From an uncultured Thermoproteales archaeon (GTDB taxonomy: Archaea; Thermoproteota; Thermoprotei; Thermofilales; B9-G17), in the NCBI GenBank assembly GCA_964550975.1, contig CAZKAY010000002.1, forward strand, positions 2,717 to 56,148: 53,432 nt of DNA. Reading direction: 5' to 3'. The notes beneath the pieces are model-generated. The model worked only from the letters and a program-made list of their open reading frames with translations, was not told the DNA's origin and did not search any database. The translations under genes and the position numbers were made by a program. Positions 45,564-53,432 of this stretch are shown one piece after another. Every line of letters starts with the position of its first letter. The stretch's first letter is position 1.

Positions 45564-46397
45564 ATGAGTTTATATAGATGGTTTCTAACAATCCTATTCA
45601 TAACATTTATACTGATAGTTGTATATGCCACCTTAATAGAGCCAAATAATATTATTGTTGAAGAGAAAAATATATATCTTGAAAATTTACCCAAATCTTT
45701 TAATGGCTTTAGAATAGTACATATAACGGATCTTCATTTAAATTCATATGGTAGAAAGGAAAGGGAGATAATTGATAAGATAAGGGAATTGAAACCAGAT
45801 ATAATCGTAGTAACTGGAGATCTTATCGATGAAAAACAATATTTAAATACTGGACTAGAATTTATGGAGGAACTGGCAGATATATCTCCCACGTACTTTG
45901 TATTTGGAAACTGGGATCACTCATCCGGAGTCTCGATGTCTCTTTTTGAAAAATATTTGACTGAGAGGAAGGTTATAGTTCTATCTAATAGATATGTGGT
46001 GCTTTCAAGAAACAATGAATGTATTTATTTAATAGGTGTCGATGACCCCCATACATTTAATGATGATCTAGATAAGGCCATGGATAATATCTCTGAAACC
46101 AATGTAGTGAAAATATTATTAGCACACTCGCCAGAAATAATAGATAAAGCTGTTAAAAAGAACATTAATTTAGTATTGGTCGGTCATACACATGGTGGAC
46201 AGGTAAGGCTTCCGATAATTGGTCCACTATATATACCTCTGCCATCAAAATATAGAAAATACGATCAGGGGTTGTTTAAAGTAGATAATACGTTGATGTT
46301 CGTAAATAGAGGTATAGGTATGTCATTTATACCAGTAAGATTTCTATGTCCACCAGAAATAGTTGTAATAGAGTTATATGAAGAAGAAAACGGTTGA
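45564..46397 (+). CDS. Membrane-anchored metallophosphoesterase (calcineurin-like)
   Basis: N-terminal TM helix followed by HITDLH, GDLID, GNWDH, LLAHSP and GHTHGGQ. Confidence 0.8.
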   Translation: MSLYRWFLTILFITFILIVVYATLIEPNNIIVEEKNIYLENLPKSFNGFRIVHITDLHLNSYGRKEREIIDKIRELKPDIIVVTGDLIDEKQYLNTGLEFMEELADISPTYFVFGNWDHSSGVSMSLFEKYLTERKVIVLSNRYVVLSRNNECIYLIGVDDPHTFNDDLDKAMDNISETNVVKILLAHSPEIIDKAVKKNINLVLVGHTHGGQVRLPIIGPLYIPLPSKYRKYDQGLFKVDNTLMFVNRGIGMSFIPVRFLCPPEIVVIELYEEENG

Positions 46398-46503
46398 ATG
46401 TGTCTAAGCCCGATTATCTCCCCATCCACCTCCCTTTCACCTCTCTTGGAGGTGAAAGTTTGATGGGTGGTTCGATAATCTAGGCCTGCTCCACATTCAA
46501 CCG
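46391..46503. ncRNA. GC-enriched 113-nt rod-like hairpin (candidate structured RNA or inverted-repeat element)
   Basis: Nested stems: 46391-46402/46492-46503 (12 bp), 46408-46410/46483-46485, 46412-46418/46474-46480 (7 bp), 46426-46430/46466-46470 (5 bp), 46434-46443/46449-46458 (10 bp, 5-nt loop). G+C is clearly above the flanking DNA. Strand and class are undetermined. Confidence 0.35.
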
Positions 46504-46738
46504 GCAATATATTATAATCCTTATATTAAATAAATATTTTACCCTTATAGTTTAAATGTATATATTGGTGTATGACAAATATTGTAGCTATAATATTTCT
46601 AAATAGGAATATTAGGCATAGTATTCATTATACTCTGATCTGAATGTCATTAATTCTTGGATATACTGGTTTATTCTTCCATTATATTTATCAAGGAGAG
46701 AAATATTTTATTTAACAATATCTTATCCGGGGATCTAG

Positions 46739-47623
46739 TTGGATAGGATTGTATTTAGTGGAAGGGGTAGTGAAAAGCTGGGATATATGGTTTCAAGACT
46801 ACTTAAATGTGAATATGGTAGAGCTATATATAAGAAGTTTCCTGACAATGAAAGCTATATACGATTTTTAAGTGATGTAGAGGGTAAAGATATAATATTG
46901 ATATATAGTTTGGGTTTGAATCCAAATGAATATTTAATTGAAATATTGCTTTCGGCGAAAACTTTAAGGGAACTTGGATGTGATAAGATTAGGTTGGTTA
47001 TACCATATTTTGCATATGCTAGGCAGGATGAAAGATTTAATCCTGGTGAAGCTATAAGCATAAAGATTATATCAGAATTTATAGGAAAGATGGATATTGA
47101 TGAAATATATACTATAGATATGCATTTACATAGATACAGGGATATAAGCGATCTATTTAATATACCCGCATATAATTTAACTGCAATGGAGGAGATAGCA
47201 AAATATATTTCCAAAAAATATGTTTTAAATAATCCTCTTGTCATTGGTCCTGATAGTGAGGCAGAGCAGTGGGCTAAAATAGTGGCAAAAAAACTTGACA
47301 CCGAATACGATATTTTAGAGAAGAAAAGGATAGATGAATATAATGTTGTTATAGTAGCTAGAAAAATCAATATAAAGAATAGGGATATAGTGATCGTTGA
47401 TGATATTATTAGTACTGGTGGCACAGTTATAGAGTCTGTTAATGCTTTAAAGAAAATGGGTGCTAATAAGATTATAGTTGCATGTACACATCCACTTCTA
47501 GTGGATGATGCGCTTAGAAAAATATATTCTACAGGTGTATTTGATTTAATTGGAACTGATACCGTTCCGTCTCCAGTTAGCTATGTAAGTGTTGCACCGA
47601 TTATAGCTGAAGCATTAAAATAA
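46739..47623 (+). CDS. prs: Ribose-phosphate pyrophosphokinase (PRPP synthetase)
   Basis: YFAYARQDERF, GPDSEA, and the PRPP-binding loop VIVDDIISTGGT. TTG start. Confidence 0.85.
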   Translation: MDRIVFSGRGSEKLGYMVSRLLKCEYGRAIYKKFPDNESYIRFLSDVEGKDIILIYSLGLNPNEYLIEILLSAKTLRELGCDKIRLVIPYFAYARQDERFNPGEAISIKIISEFIGKMDIDEIYTIDMHLHRYRDISDLFNIPAYNLTAMEEIAKYISKKYVLNNPLVIGPDSEAEQWAKIVAKKLDTEYDILEKKRIDEYNVVIVARKINIKNRDIVIVDDIISTGGTVIESVNALKKMGANKIIVACTHPLLVDDALRKIYSTGVFDLIGTDTVPSPVSYVSVAPIIAEALK

Positions 47624-47625
47624 TT

Positions 47626-48744
47626 TTATTTAATAAATTTTTCTAGACTATCTATTAGTTTAGGCTTAGTTGAAACTATATTTCTAGTAAGTTTTATAAA
47701 ATTCTCTATTTCCTCCTTACTCGACATTATGTTTACCTCTAGATGAAATTCTCTCGTCTCCTCTGGCTCTATATATTGTAGTGTACCTAGCTCTCTCTCC
47801 CTCGCTCTACCTAATACTAAGCAATTTGATGGTTCTATGCCTATAACATAGAACTGTTCTCCCATCATCTTCCATTCAATAAATCTATTCAATTCATCTA
47901 CCCTATACTTCACATATATTCCCATATTTAATCTTGGATTTACTATACCTGCATATGCATATCCCTTTGAATCGACAGCCATCTTATGGAAATATACTTT
48001 CTCCTTATATCCATGTATCGGTTCATGAAATTTATTAAAGTTCTCCGCATCTTTACGGGCCTCCTCATCCCTTGGAAAATATTCTATAGTGGTTAAGTAA
48101 AGTCTTGAGCCATCATCAACTATAGGGAAACCTATATTAAAATGATAGATTATCATCAATGGTTGTCCCTCAAAACCCTCGTTTACAATTCTATCATGAA
48201 TAGTTATCCTATTACATCCAACCTTGGTTTCAATCCTCCTATTAAGAACTATGTTTGGGCCAAACATGCTTGTCTCTCTAACCTTGCCCTGAACAAATAA
48301 TATATATTCGTCATTTATCCATATACCATCATACATAACATTTTTTGCAGGAATATATGATATTCTCCCATGTAATCCAAGCTTTTCTCCCCTATCGATG
48401 CAAGGCGCCCCAGCATAGGTTAAACCACATGTAGTTAATAGTCCACCATAAAATCCTCTAAGCCAACCATATTTCCAGGGTTCAAAAAATTGGGGAGAAA
48501 CATCTCCAGTAGGACTCCTCCATCCAATAGGCATACCTTTAAATTCCGCATAAGATATATCCATACCTCTATCTAACAGTACTGTATATAGTAGTCCAGA
48601 ACCATTTTTAACTAATACTCCTCTAACACCATATTCATTTCCGTCGATTAACTGGAAACCCTTTACACCAGCTATTTGAAACATTTCCCCAACATATTTT
48701 CTAATCTCATTTCTCGAATACTTTCTACCGTAAATTTTAACCAT
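47626..48744 (-). CDS. Aldose-1-epimerase-like protein (DUF4432-type)
   Basis: 372 aa. Mutarotase-like pattern (GVRGVLVKNGSGLLYTVLLDRGMDI ... EKLGLHGRISYIPA ... HFNIGFP). Confidence 0.6.
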   Translation of the reverse strand: MVKIYGRKYSRNEIRKYVGEMFQIAGVKGFQLIDGNEYGVRGVLVKNGSGLLYTVLLDRGMDISYAEFKGMPIGWRSPTGDVSPQFFEPWKYGWLRGFYGGLLTTCGLTYAGAPCIDRGEKLGLHGRISYIPAKNVMYDGIWINDEYILFVQGKVRETSMFGPNIVLNRRIETKVGCNRITIHDRIVNEGFEGQPLMIIYHFNIGFPIVDDGSRLYLTTIEYFPRDEEARKDAENFNKFHEPIHGYKEKVYFHKMAVDSKGYAYAGIVNPRLNMGIYVKYRVDELNRFIEWKMMGEQFYVIGIEPSNCLVLGRARERELGTLQYIEPEETREFHLEVNIMSSKEEIENFIKLTRNIVSTKPKLIDSLEKFIK

Positions 48745-49663
48745 AATTAAAACCTCTTCCCCTTAGAAATTCTATTACCTCATCATATTTCGGTTGCCCG
48801 GTCTGCGCACCAAGTTTAGTGCATTTTATCGCTGCAGCAGCATTCGCAAAAAGTGAAGATTTATAGTAATCCCATCCTCTTATCACTAACCCGTATATAA
48901 ATGCAGCATTAAACTCATCTCCAGCACCAGTCGTATCAACAACATTTACCTTGAATGCCGGAACCTTAATTACATCATCCTTTAAAACAACCATACTTCC
49001 TCTAGATCCAAGAGTTATTACAACTATTTGAGGACCTAGTTTAAGCATTTTTCTAGCAGCTTTAACTAGATCCTCCTCTCCTGTTAAAGACCTTATACCC
49101 AATTTATTTGGCATAAGTATGTCTGTCAGCTTTAAGATTGGCTTAAGACTATCTAAACCATATTCAGCCACATGTTTCTCCAGGTCAAATGAAGTTGTCA
49201 AATCATATTTTTTAGCTATCTCAAATCCCTTTAAAGCTGAAGACACTTTTATTGCAGTGGTATGAATAGCTTTAGCACTAACAATATATTTTTCATCTAT
49301 AAACTCTGGTGGAGGAACATTTTCCATCAAATATTTATCTTGAATTATAGCTTTCTCCCCCTTCTCATCAACTATAACAAAGTTTACTGCAGTTCTATTC
49401 TCCTCATATCTAATTAGATTAGATAAGTCTATCCCTTGTCTAGTTAAAGCGTCTATAATCATGTCTCCATACTGATCTTTTCCAACGCCGCCGATAAATC
49501 CAACATTTCCTCCAAGTTTAGATAGAGCCGTTAAAAAGTTTGCTGTAACTCCTCCCACAAATAGCTGATAGTCTTCTGCAAAAATTTTCTCATCAGGTTC
49601 TGGAAGACGTTTAACCTTGGCAGTCCAATCGATACACACCTCTCCGATACCAATTACATCCAT
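48737..49663 (-). CDS. PfkB-family carbohydrate kinase
   Basis: N-terminal GG dipeptide region (LFVGGVTANF) and the C-terminal DTTGAGDEFNAAFIYG signature. 8-nt overlap with the downstream gene. Confidence 0.85.
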   Translation of the reverse strand: MDVIGIGEVCIDWTAKVKRLPEPDEKIFAEDYQLFVGGVTANFLTALSKLGGNVGFIGGVGKDQYGDMIIDALTRQGIDLSNLIRYEENRTAVNFVIVDEKGEKAIIQDKYLMENVPPPEFIDEKYIVSAKAIHTTAIKVSSALKGFEIAKKYDLTTSFDLEKHVAEYGLDSLKPILKLTDILMPNKLGIRSLTGEEDLVKAARKMLKLGPQIVVITLGSRGSMVVLKDDVIKVPAFKVNVVDTTGAGDEFNAAFIYGLVIRGWDYYKSSLFANAAAAIKCTKLGAQTGQPKYDEVIEFLRGRGFNYG

Positions 49664-49672
49664 ATAAGCACC

Positions 49673-50233
49673 CTATTCTAATGTAGCGTGCCTCTCCAAT
49701 ATTTTACTCTCATTAATTCCCTTCCTCCTCATTATCTCGGATGAAACGCTGTCAAAAAATGATAGAACAGATATATCGAATAATGATGTAAACGGAGCAT
49801 AACTTTCCCTCTCAACAAGCTTTGTTTTACCAGGTACAATTATTGTTAAATCGGATATCTCTGCAAGTCTACTCTCACCATGAGAAGTTATTGCAACAAC
49901 TTTTAAACCCATTTCTTTAGCGGCTTCAGCTAGACATAAGCTTGAAGTAGTTTTACCACTTCCAGATACGATTATAATTAAATCTCTCTTATCACAGCTT
50001 GGAGTAACAGTTTCTCCGAGAAAATATGACTCATATCCTATATGCATAAGCCTCTGTGCAAATGCTCTTGCCATAAATCCTGAACGCCCTGCACCATATA
50101 AAAATATCCTTCTACTATTATCAATTAGTCCTATTAATCTATTTAAATCATTCTCCCTAATGCTTTCCTTAACTTTATTTAGATGATCTATTATCTCCAT
50201 CATAGATAGCTTAAAATATTTTATTTCTATCAC
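49673..50233 (-). CDS. SIS-domain protein, 6-phospho-3-hexuloisomerase (PHI)-like
   Basis: 186 aa. GAGRSGFMARAFAQRLMHIGYESYFLGETVTP...IIIVSGSGKTTS is PHI-like. The GTG start overlaps the upstream TGA (GTGA). An alternative ATG lies at 50203. Confidence 0.75.
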   Translation of the reverse strand: MIEIKYFKLSMMEIIDHLNKVKESIRENDLNRLIGLIDNSRRIFLYGAGRSGFMARAFAQRLMHIGYESYFLGETVTPSCDKRDLIIIVSGSGKTTSSLCLAEAAKEMGLKVVAITSHGESRLAEISDLTIIVPGKTKLVERESYAPFTSLFDISVLSFFDSVSSEIMRRKGINESKILERHATLE

Positions 50234-51258
50234 CTCTCTATTCTTACAGGCCTTCTATTAAATGCTGACTCAATAATACTGCATAGAATTCTAGTATTCT
50301 CTAACCCATCATAAATATTTACGATTGACTCTACATCATTTAATAGACAATCTATAAAGTGATGTATAGACTCCTTTACAAATCCTGTAAATCTCCCATT
50401 AATATCATATCCTGTGAAATATCTTGGATAATAAAAGTTTTTCTGATTAGATACATTAATACATTGCTGGGTATTGTCGATATTTATTACAGCTTTCTCT
50501 CCAATCAACTCCATCTTAAAATCAACTATTGATGGAAATGTTTCTGGGAGAATCCAGCTTGACTCAAGTAGAGCTCTGCCACCTTTAGAGAAATTTAAGA
50601 CTGCTATAAAATAGTCAGGTGTATCTATACCATTCTTAATTAAAACTTTTTTCTCCATAAATGCATTTACTTCGATAACCTCGTCATTGAAAAACCATCT
50701 CATTAAATCAGCTGTATGACTCATTAGGAAGAAAGCTACATTGCTTTTAGCTGCCCATGAAAGCATTTTAGTTGGAACATATATTGTATCGCTAAGCCTA
50801 ATATATCCATAAACTATTTCTCCAAGCTCTCCTCTATCAACAATATCCTTAGATATAGAGAATGGAGGATTCCATCTATTTGAAAAATTGGGATAAAGTT
50901 TTACACCATTCTTTTCAACAGATTTAACCATAATATTTGCGTCACTAAGAGTTGTTGCAAAAGGTTTTTCAACGATAATATTTACATGATTTTCAGCCGC
51001 AGATATTACGGGATCTCTATGAAGAAAATCTGGTGTAACAATCGACACCAAATCTAAATCTTCCTTCTCAAACATTTCATTATAATCCCTATATACCTTA
51101 CCTATACCATATTTTTCTGCAATAGCTTTAGCCCTATTAATATTTAGATCACATACTGCAACTAAATTTACATTTGGATGAAGTTTATAGGCCTTAACAT
51201 GTTGCTCACCCTGAATACCTACACCAACAACACCAGCCTTAATCAAAATACCACCCAC
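50230..51258 (-). CDS. Gfo/Idh/MocA-family NAD(P)-dependent oxidoreductase
   Basis: Rossmann N-terminus KAGVVGVGIQGEQH and the EKP motif (IIVEKPFA). GTG start. Confidence 0.85.
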   Translation of the reverse strand: MGGILIKAGVVGVGIQGEQHVKAYKLHPNVNLVAVCDLNINRAKAIAEKYGIGKVYRDYNEMFEKEDLDLVSIVTPDFLHRDPVISAAENHVNIIVEKPFATTLSDANIMVKSVEKNGVKLYPNFSNRWNPPFSISKDIVDRGELGEIVYGYIRLSDTIYVPTKMLSWAAKSNVAFFLMSHTADLMRWFFNDEVIEVNAFMEKKVLIKNGIDTPDYFIAVLNFSKGGRALLESSWILPETFPSIVDFKMELIGEKAVINIDNTQQCINVSNQKNFYYPRYFTGYDINGRFTGFVKESIHHFIDCLLNDVESIVNIYDGLENTRILCSIIESAFNRRPVRIER

Positions 51259-51315
51259 AATACACTATATCTCTTTAAATTTATAAATATTCTAATATAT
51301 TCTAGAATTCTTTAT

Positions 51316-51615
51316 TCATTTTAATCCCCTTTCCTTACCAATTATGCTGTAGAGGATTTCATGAAATATTAAAGCTATTGGTCCACTTATAATTATTAGA
51401 AAACACCATATTACAAGTATTAGTCCTCTATGCCACTTCTTCATATATAGACAGAAATTTATAACCATTCCAAGATAGATAAACATTGCAAAGATAAATG
51501 AAATAGCTAGAATTATGTCTTCGGTATTAAAGAGATATGAGAAAAATATGCCTAAAAGAAAAATTATTATGAAAATCAATATAGCTAAATCTTTATTAGA
51601 CAAATACTTCGCCAT
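51316..51615 (-). CDS. Hypothetical small membrane protein (3 TM)
   Basis: 99-aa ORF that is almost entirely hydrophobic helices. Confidence 0.4.
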   Translation of the reverse strand: MAKYLSNKDLAILIFIIIFLLGIFFSYLFNTEDIILAISFIFAMFIYLGMVINFCLYMKKWHRGLILVIWCFLIIISGPIALIFHEILYSIIGKERGLK

Positions 51616-51729
51616 TGAAATAAATAATAATTTTAATTATATATTTTAGCTTATGATATTTGTTATGTTGAGCGGGGACGGTCTCTTGTTCTCCGAAAAT
51701 TTTATTTAGCTTAATTGATATAAAAATAT

Positions 51730-53385
51730 ATGCATAAATATTTCTATATATTTATCACTGGCGGAGTATTAAGTGGTCTTGGTAAAGGTATATGTACTTC
51801 TAGTATTGGTAAGCTTCTTCAATGGATGGGATTTAGTGTTGAACCTATAAAGATTGATGGATATTTTAATTTCGATGCAGGTACATTAAGACCTACAGAA
51901 CATGGTGAAGTATGGGTTACTCACGATGGAGGGGAAATTGATCAGGATTTAGGACATTATGAGAGATTTCTAGATATAAATGTTTCTAGATATAACAATA
52001 TTACTTCTGGACAAATATATTGGCAGGTTATTAAGAATGAGAGAGAGGGTAAATATCTTGGTCAAACAGTTCAACTTATACCACATGTAACTGACGAAAT
52101 TAAAAAGAGAATTAGGGAAATAGCATTCAAAAGTAATGCTGACTTCATTTTAGTTGAGATCGGTGGAACAGTCGGAGATTATGAGAATGCGGTATTTATT
52201 GAAGCCGCCCGTCAGATGAAATATGATGGAGAAAATGTATTATATATTCATTTAACATATGTTCCTATACCTCCACATCTAGGTGAAGCAAAAACTAAGC
52301 CCACACAACATAGTGTGAAAGAGTTAAGGGAGATAGGTATTCAGCCAGACATAATTATTGCTCGTTCACCAAAACCTTTAGATGATATTAGGAAGAAAAA
52401 GATAGCAATATTTTCAAATGTGGGGATAGATTATGTTATTTCAAATCCGGATATAGAGTGTACATATGAATTACCGTTGATCTTTGATGAACAGGGATTG
52501 GGTGAAAAAATTTTAGATAAATTTGGTTTAAAGCCTAGGAAAAATAAGTTTATAGAACTAAATAATTGGAGAAAATATATTGAGAAGATTAAGAACTTAA
52601 AGAAAAAGGTTAGGATAGCTATTGTGGGAAAATATTTTGCTACAGGTCTATTTACATTATTAGACTCATATATATCTGTTATAGAAGCTATAAATCATGC
52701 AGCATGGCATAATAATGTTAAGCCAGAGATAGTTTGGATTAATAGTACAGATTTTGAGGAAAATCCAGATAAACTTGATGTTCTCAAAAATGTTGATGGA
52801 ATAGTTGTTCCCGGGGGCTTCGGTAAAACTGGTGTTGAAGGTAAAATTCTAGCAATAAAATATGCTAGAGAAAAAAATATACCGTTTCTAGGATTATGCT
52901 TTGGATTTCAACTCGCAGTAGTAGAGTTTGCAAGAAATGTATGTAGACTCAAACATGCTCATAGCACCGAAATAGATCCAAATACTCCTCATCCAGTTAT
53001 AGATCTACTTCCGGAACAAATAAAGTTGATTAAAGAATCAAAGTATGGAGCTACTATGAGGCTTGGAGCCCATACAATTTTAATAAAAAGGAATACATTA
53101 GCCTATAAATTATATGGTAGAGAAAGAGTTGTCGAAAGATTTAGACATAGATATGAGATAAATCCGAGATATGTAGATTTATTGGAACAACATGGATTCT
53201 TGTTTTCTGGAACAACTCCCGATGGAAAAATAATGCAGATAGGAGAATTACCAGATCACAGATTCTTTATTGGTACACAATTTCATCCAGAATTTACATC
53301 AAGATTCATGAAACCAAATCCGTTATTTGATGGATTTATTAAAGCATCTAAAAATTACAGAAAATATGTTACATCGCTTAAATAG
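51730..53385 (+). CDS. pyrG: CTP synthase
   Basis: ITGGVLSGLGKG N-terminus, the synthetase domain, and a glutaminase domain with GLCFGFQ (Cys), plus HRYE and FHPEF motifs. Confidence 0.9.
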   Translation: MHKYFYIFITGGVLSGLGKGICTSSIGKLLQWMGFSVEPIKIDGYFNFDAGTLRPTEHGEVWVTHDGGEIDQDLGHYERFLDINVSRYNNITSGQIYWQVIKNEREGKYLGQTVQLIPHVTDEIKKRIREIAFKSNADFILVEIGGTVGDYENAVFIEAARQMKYDGENVLYIHLTYVPIPPHLGEAKTKPTQHSVKELREIGIQPDIIIARSPKPLDDIRKKKIAIFSNVGIDYVISNPDIECTYELPLIFDEQGLGEKILDKFGLKPRKNKFIELNNWRKYIEKIKNLKKKVRIAIVGKYFATGLFTLLDSYISVIEAINHAAWHNNVKPEIVWINSTDFEENPDKLDVLKNVDGIVVPGGFGKTGVEGKILAIKYAREKNIPFLGLCFGFQLAVVEFARNVCRLKHAHSTEIDPNTPHPVIDLLPEQIKLIKESKYGATMRLGAHTILIKRNTLAYKLYGRERVVERFRHRYEINPRYVDLLEQHGFLFSGTTPDGKIMQIGELPDHRFFIGTQFHPEFTSRFMKPNPLFDGFIKASKNYRKYVTSLK

Positions 53386-53432
53386 AAAATTTTGTTAAGG
53401 AACCTATATATTTTAGTTTATCTTCCACATAT

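Noticed and set aside
46466-46480. GGTGGTTCGATAATC resembles a tRNA T-arm/T-loop (GGTTCGAAT)
   Set aside because: The flanking bases do not form a T-stem. No acceptor, D or anticodon arms can be drawn on either strand. The bases are already accounted for by the long hairpin.
46265-46507. 80-aa minus-strand ORF spanning the phosphoesterase 3' end and the GC-rich hairpin
   Set aside because: It overlaps a well-supported CDS on the other strand. It is kept open mainly by the GC-rich hairpin, and the palindromic structure explains the region better than coding does.
46855-47424. 189-aa minus-strand ORF
   Set aside because: It is entirely antisense to prs, which has the diagnostic PRPP-binding loop. 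The product is Ile/Ser/Leu-rich and low-complexity.
1-53432. Looked for CRISPR arrays, IS elements/transposases, integrases, tRNA or rRNA genes and long tandem repeats
   Set aside because: No regularly spaced direct repeats, no DDE, serine or tyrosine recombinase motifs in any ORF, and no cloverleaf or rRNA-like GC-rich blocks were seen. The only long exact repeat is the 112-bp tract reported above.

Overview
The window is AT-rich (roughly one-third G+C by eye) and densely coding. It looks archaeal, probably a thermophilic Thermoproteota/Crenarchaeota-like genome. The evidence is a family-B DNA polymerase, an archease, membrane-anchored family-5 binding proteins, TATA-like elements about 25 nt upstream of likely leaderless starts, and many TTG/GTG starts with ATGA/TAATG-type translational coupling. 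No rRNA, tRNA, CRISPR array, transposase or integrase was recognised.

Contents:
- Two complete Opp/Dpp-type ABC importers (1534-7707 and 16546-22782). The first sits next to a clan GH-D alpha-galactosidase-like hydrolase and is flanked by two luciferase-like (LLM) oxidoreductases.
- A DegT-type sugar aminotransferase.
- A small accessory stretch (22.8-30.3 kb) with CYTH, an AbiEii/AbiEi-like pair, a transglutaminase-like surface module and several unknown genes.
- polB, a radical-SAM/SPASM enzyme, an M28 peptidase, a small GTPase-like protein and hisS.
- A minus-strand run of CBS, hypE, hypD, an ArsR-like regulator, two half-transporter ABC exporters and one unknown ORF.
- A metallophosphoesterase, prs, a four-gene sugar module (Gfo/Idh/MocA, PHI-like SIS, PfkB kinase, mutarotase-like) and pyrG.

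Most interesting observations:
1. Twin perfect palindromes bracket the TATA box of the ArsR-like/ABC-exporter operon.
2. A 112-bp perfectly identical segment is shared by the two otherwise diverged tandem ABC exporter genes.
3. A 113-nt GC-enriched rod-like hairpin lies at 46391-46503. Its apical stem sequesters an SD-like GGAGGTGA placed 7 nt before an ATG.
4. The radical-SAM/SPASM enzyme has an N-terminal PqqD/RRE-like domain but no obvious substrate gene.
5. A 620-aa polytopic membrane protein has a C-terminal domain with a Vps62/NLP-like Y-x-Y-F-W-P ... H-x-D-W-E signature.
6. The AbiEii/AbiEi-like pair is in toxin-first order.

All functional calls come from reading motifs in the supplied translations. 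No database search was run.
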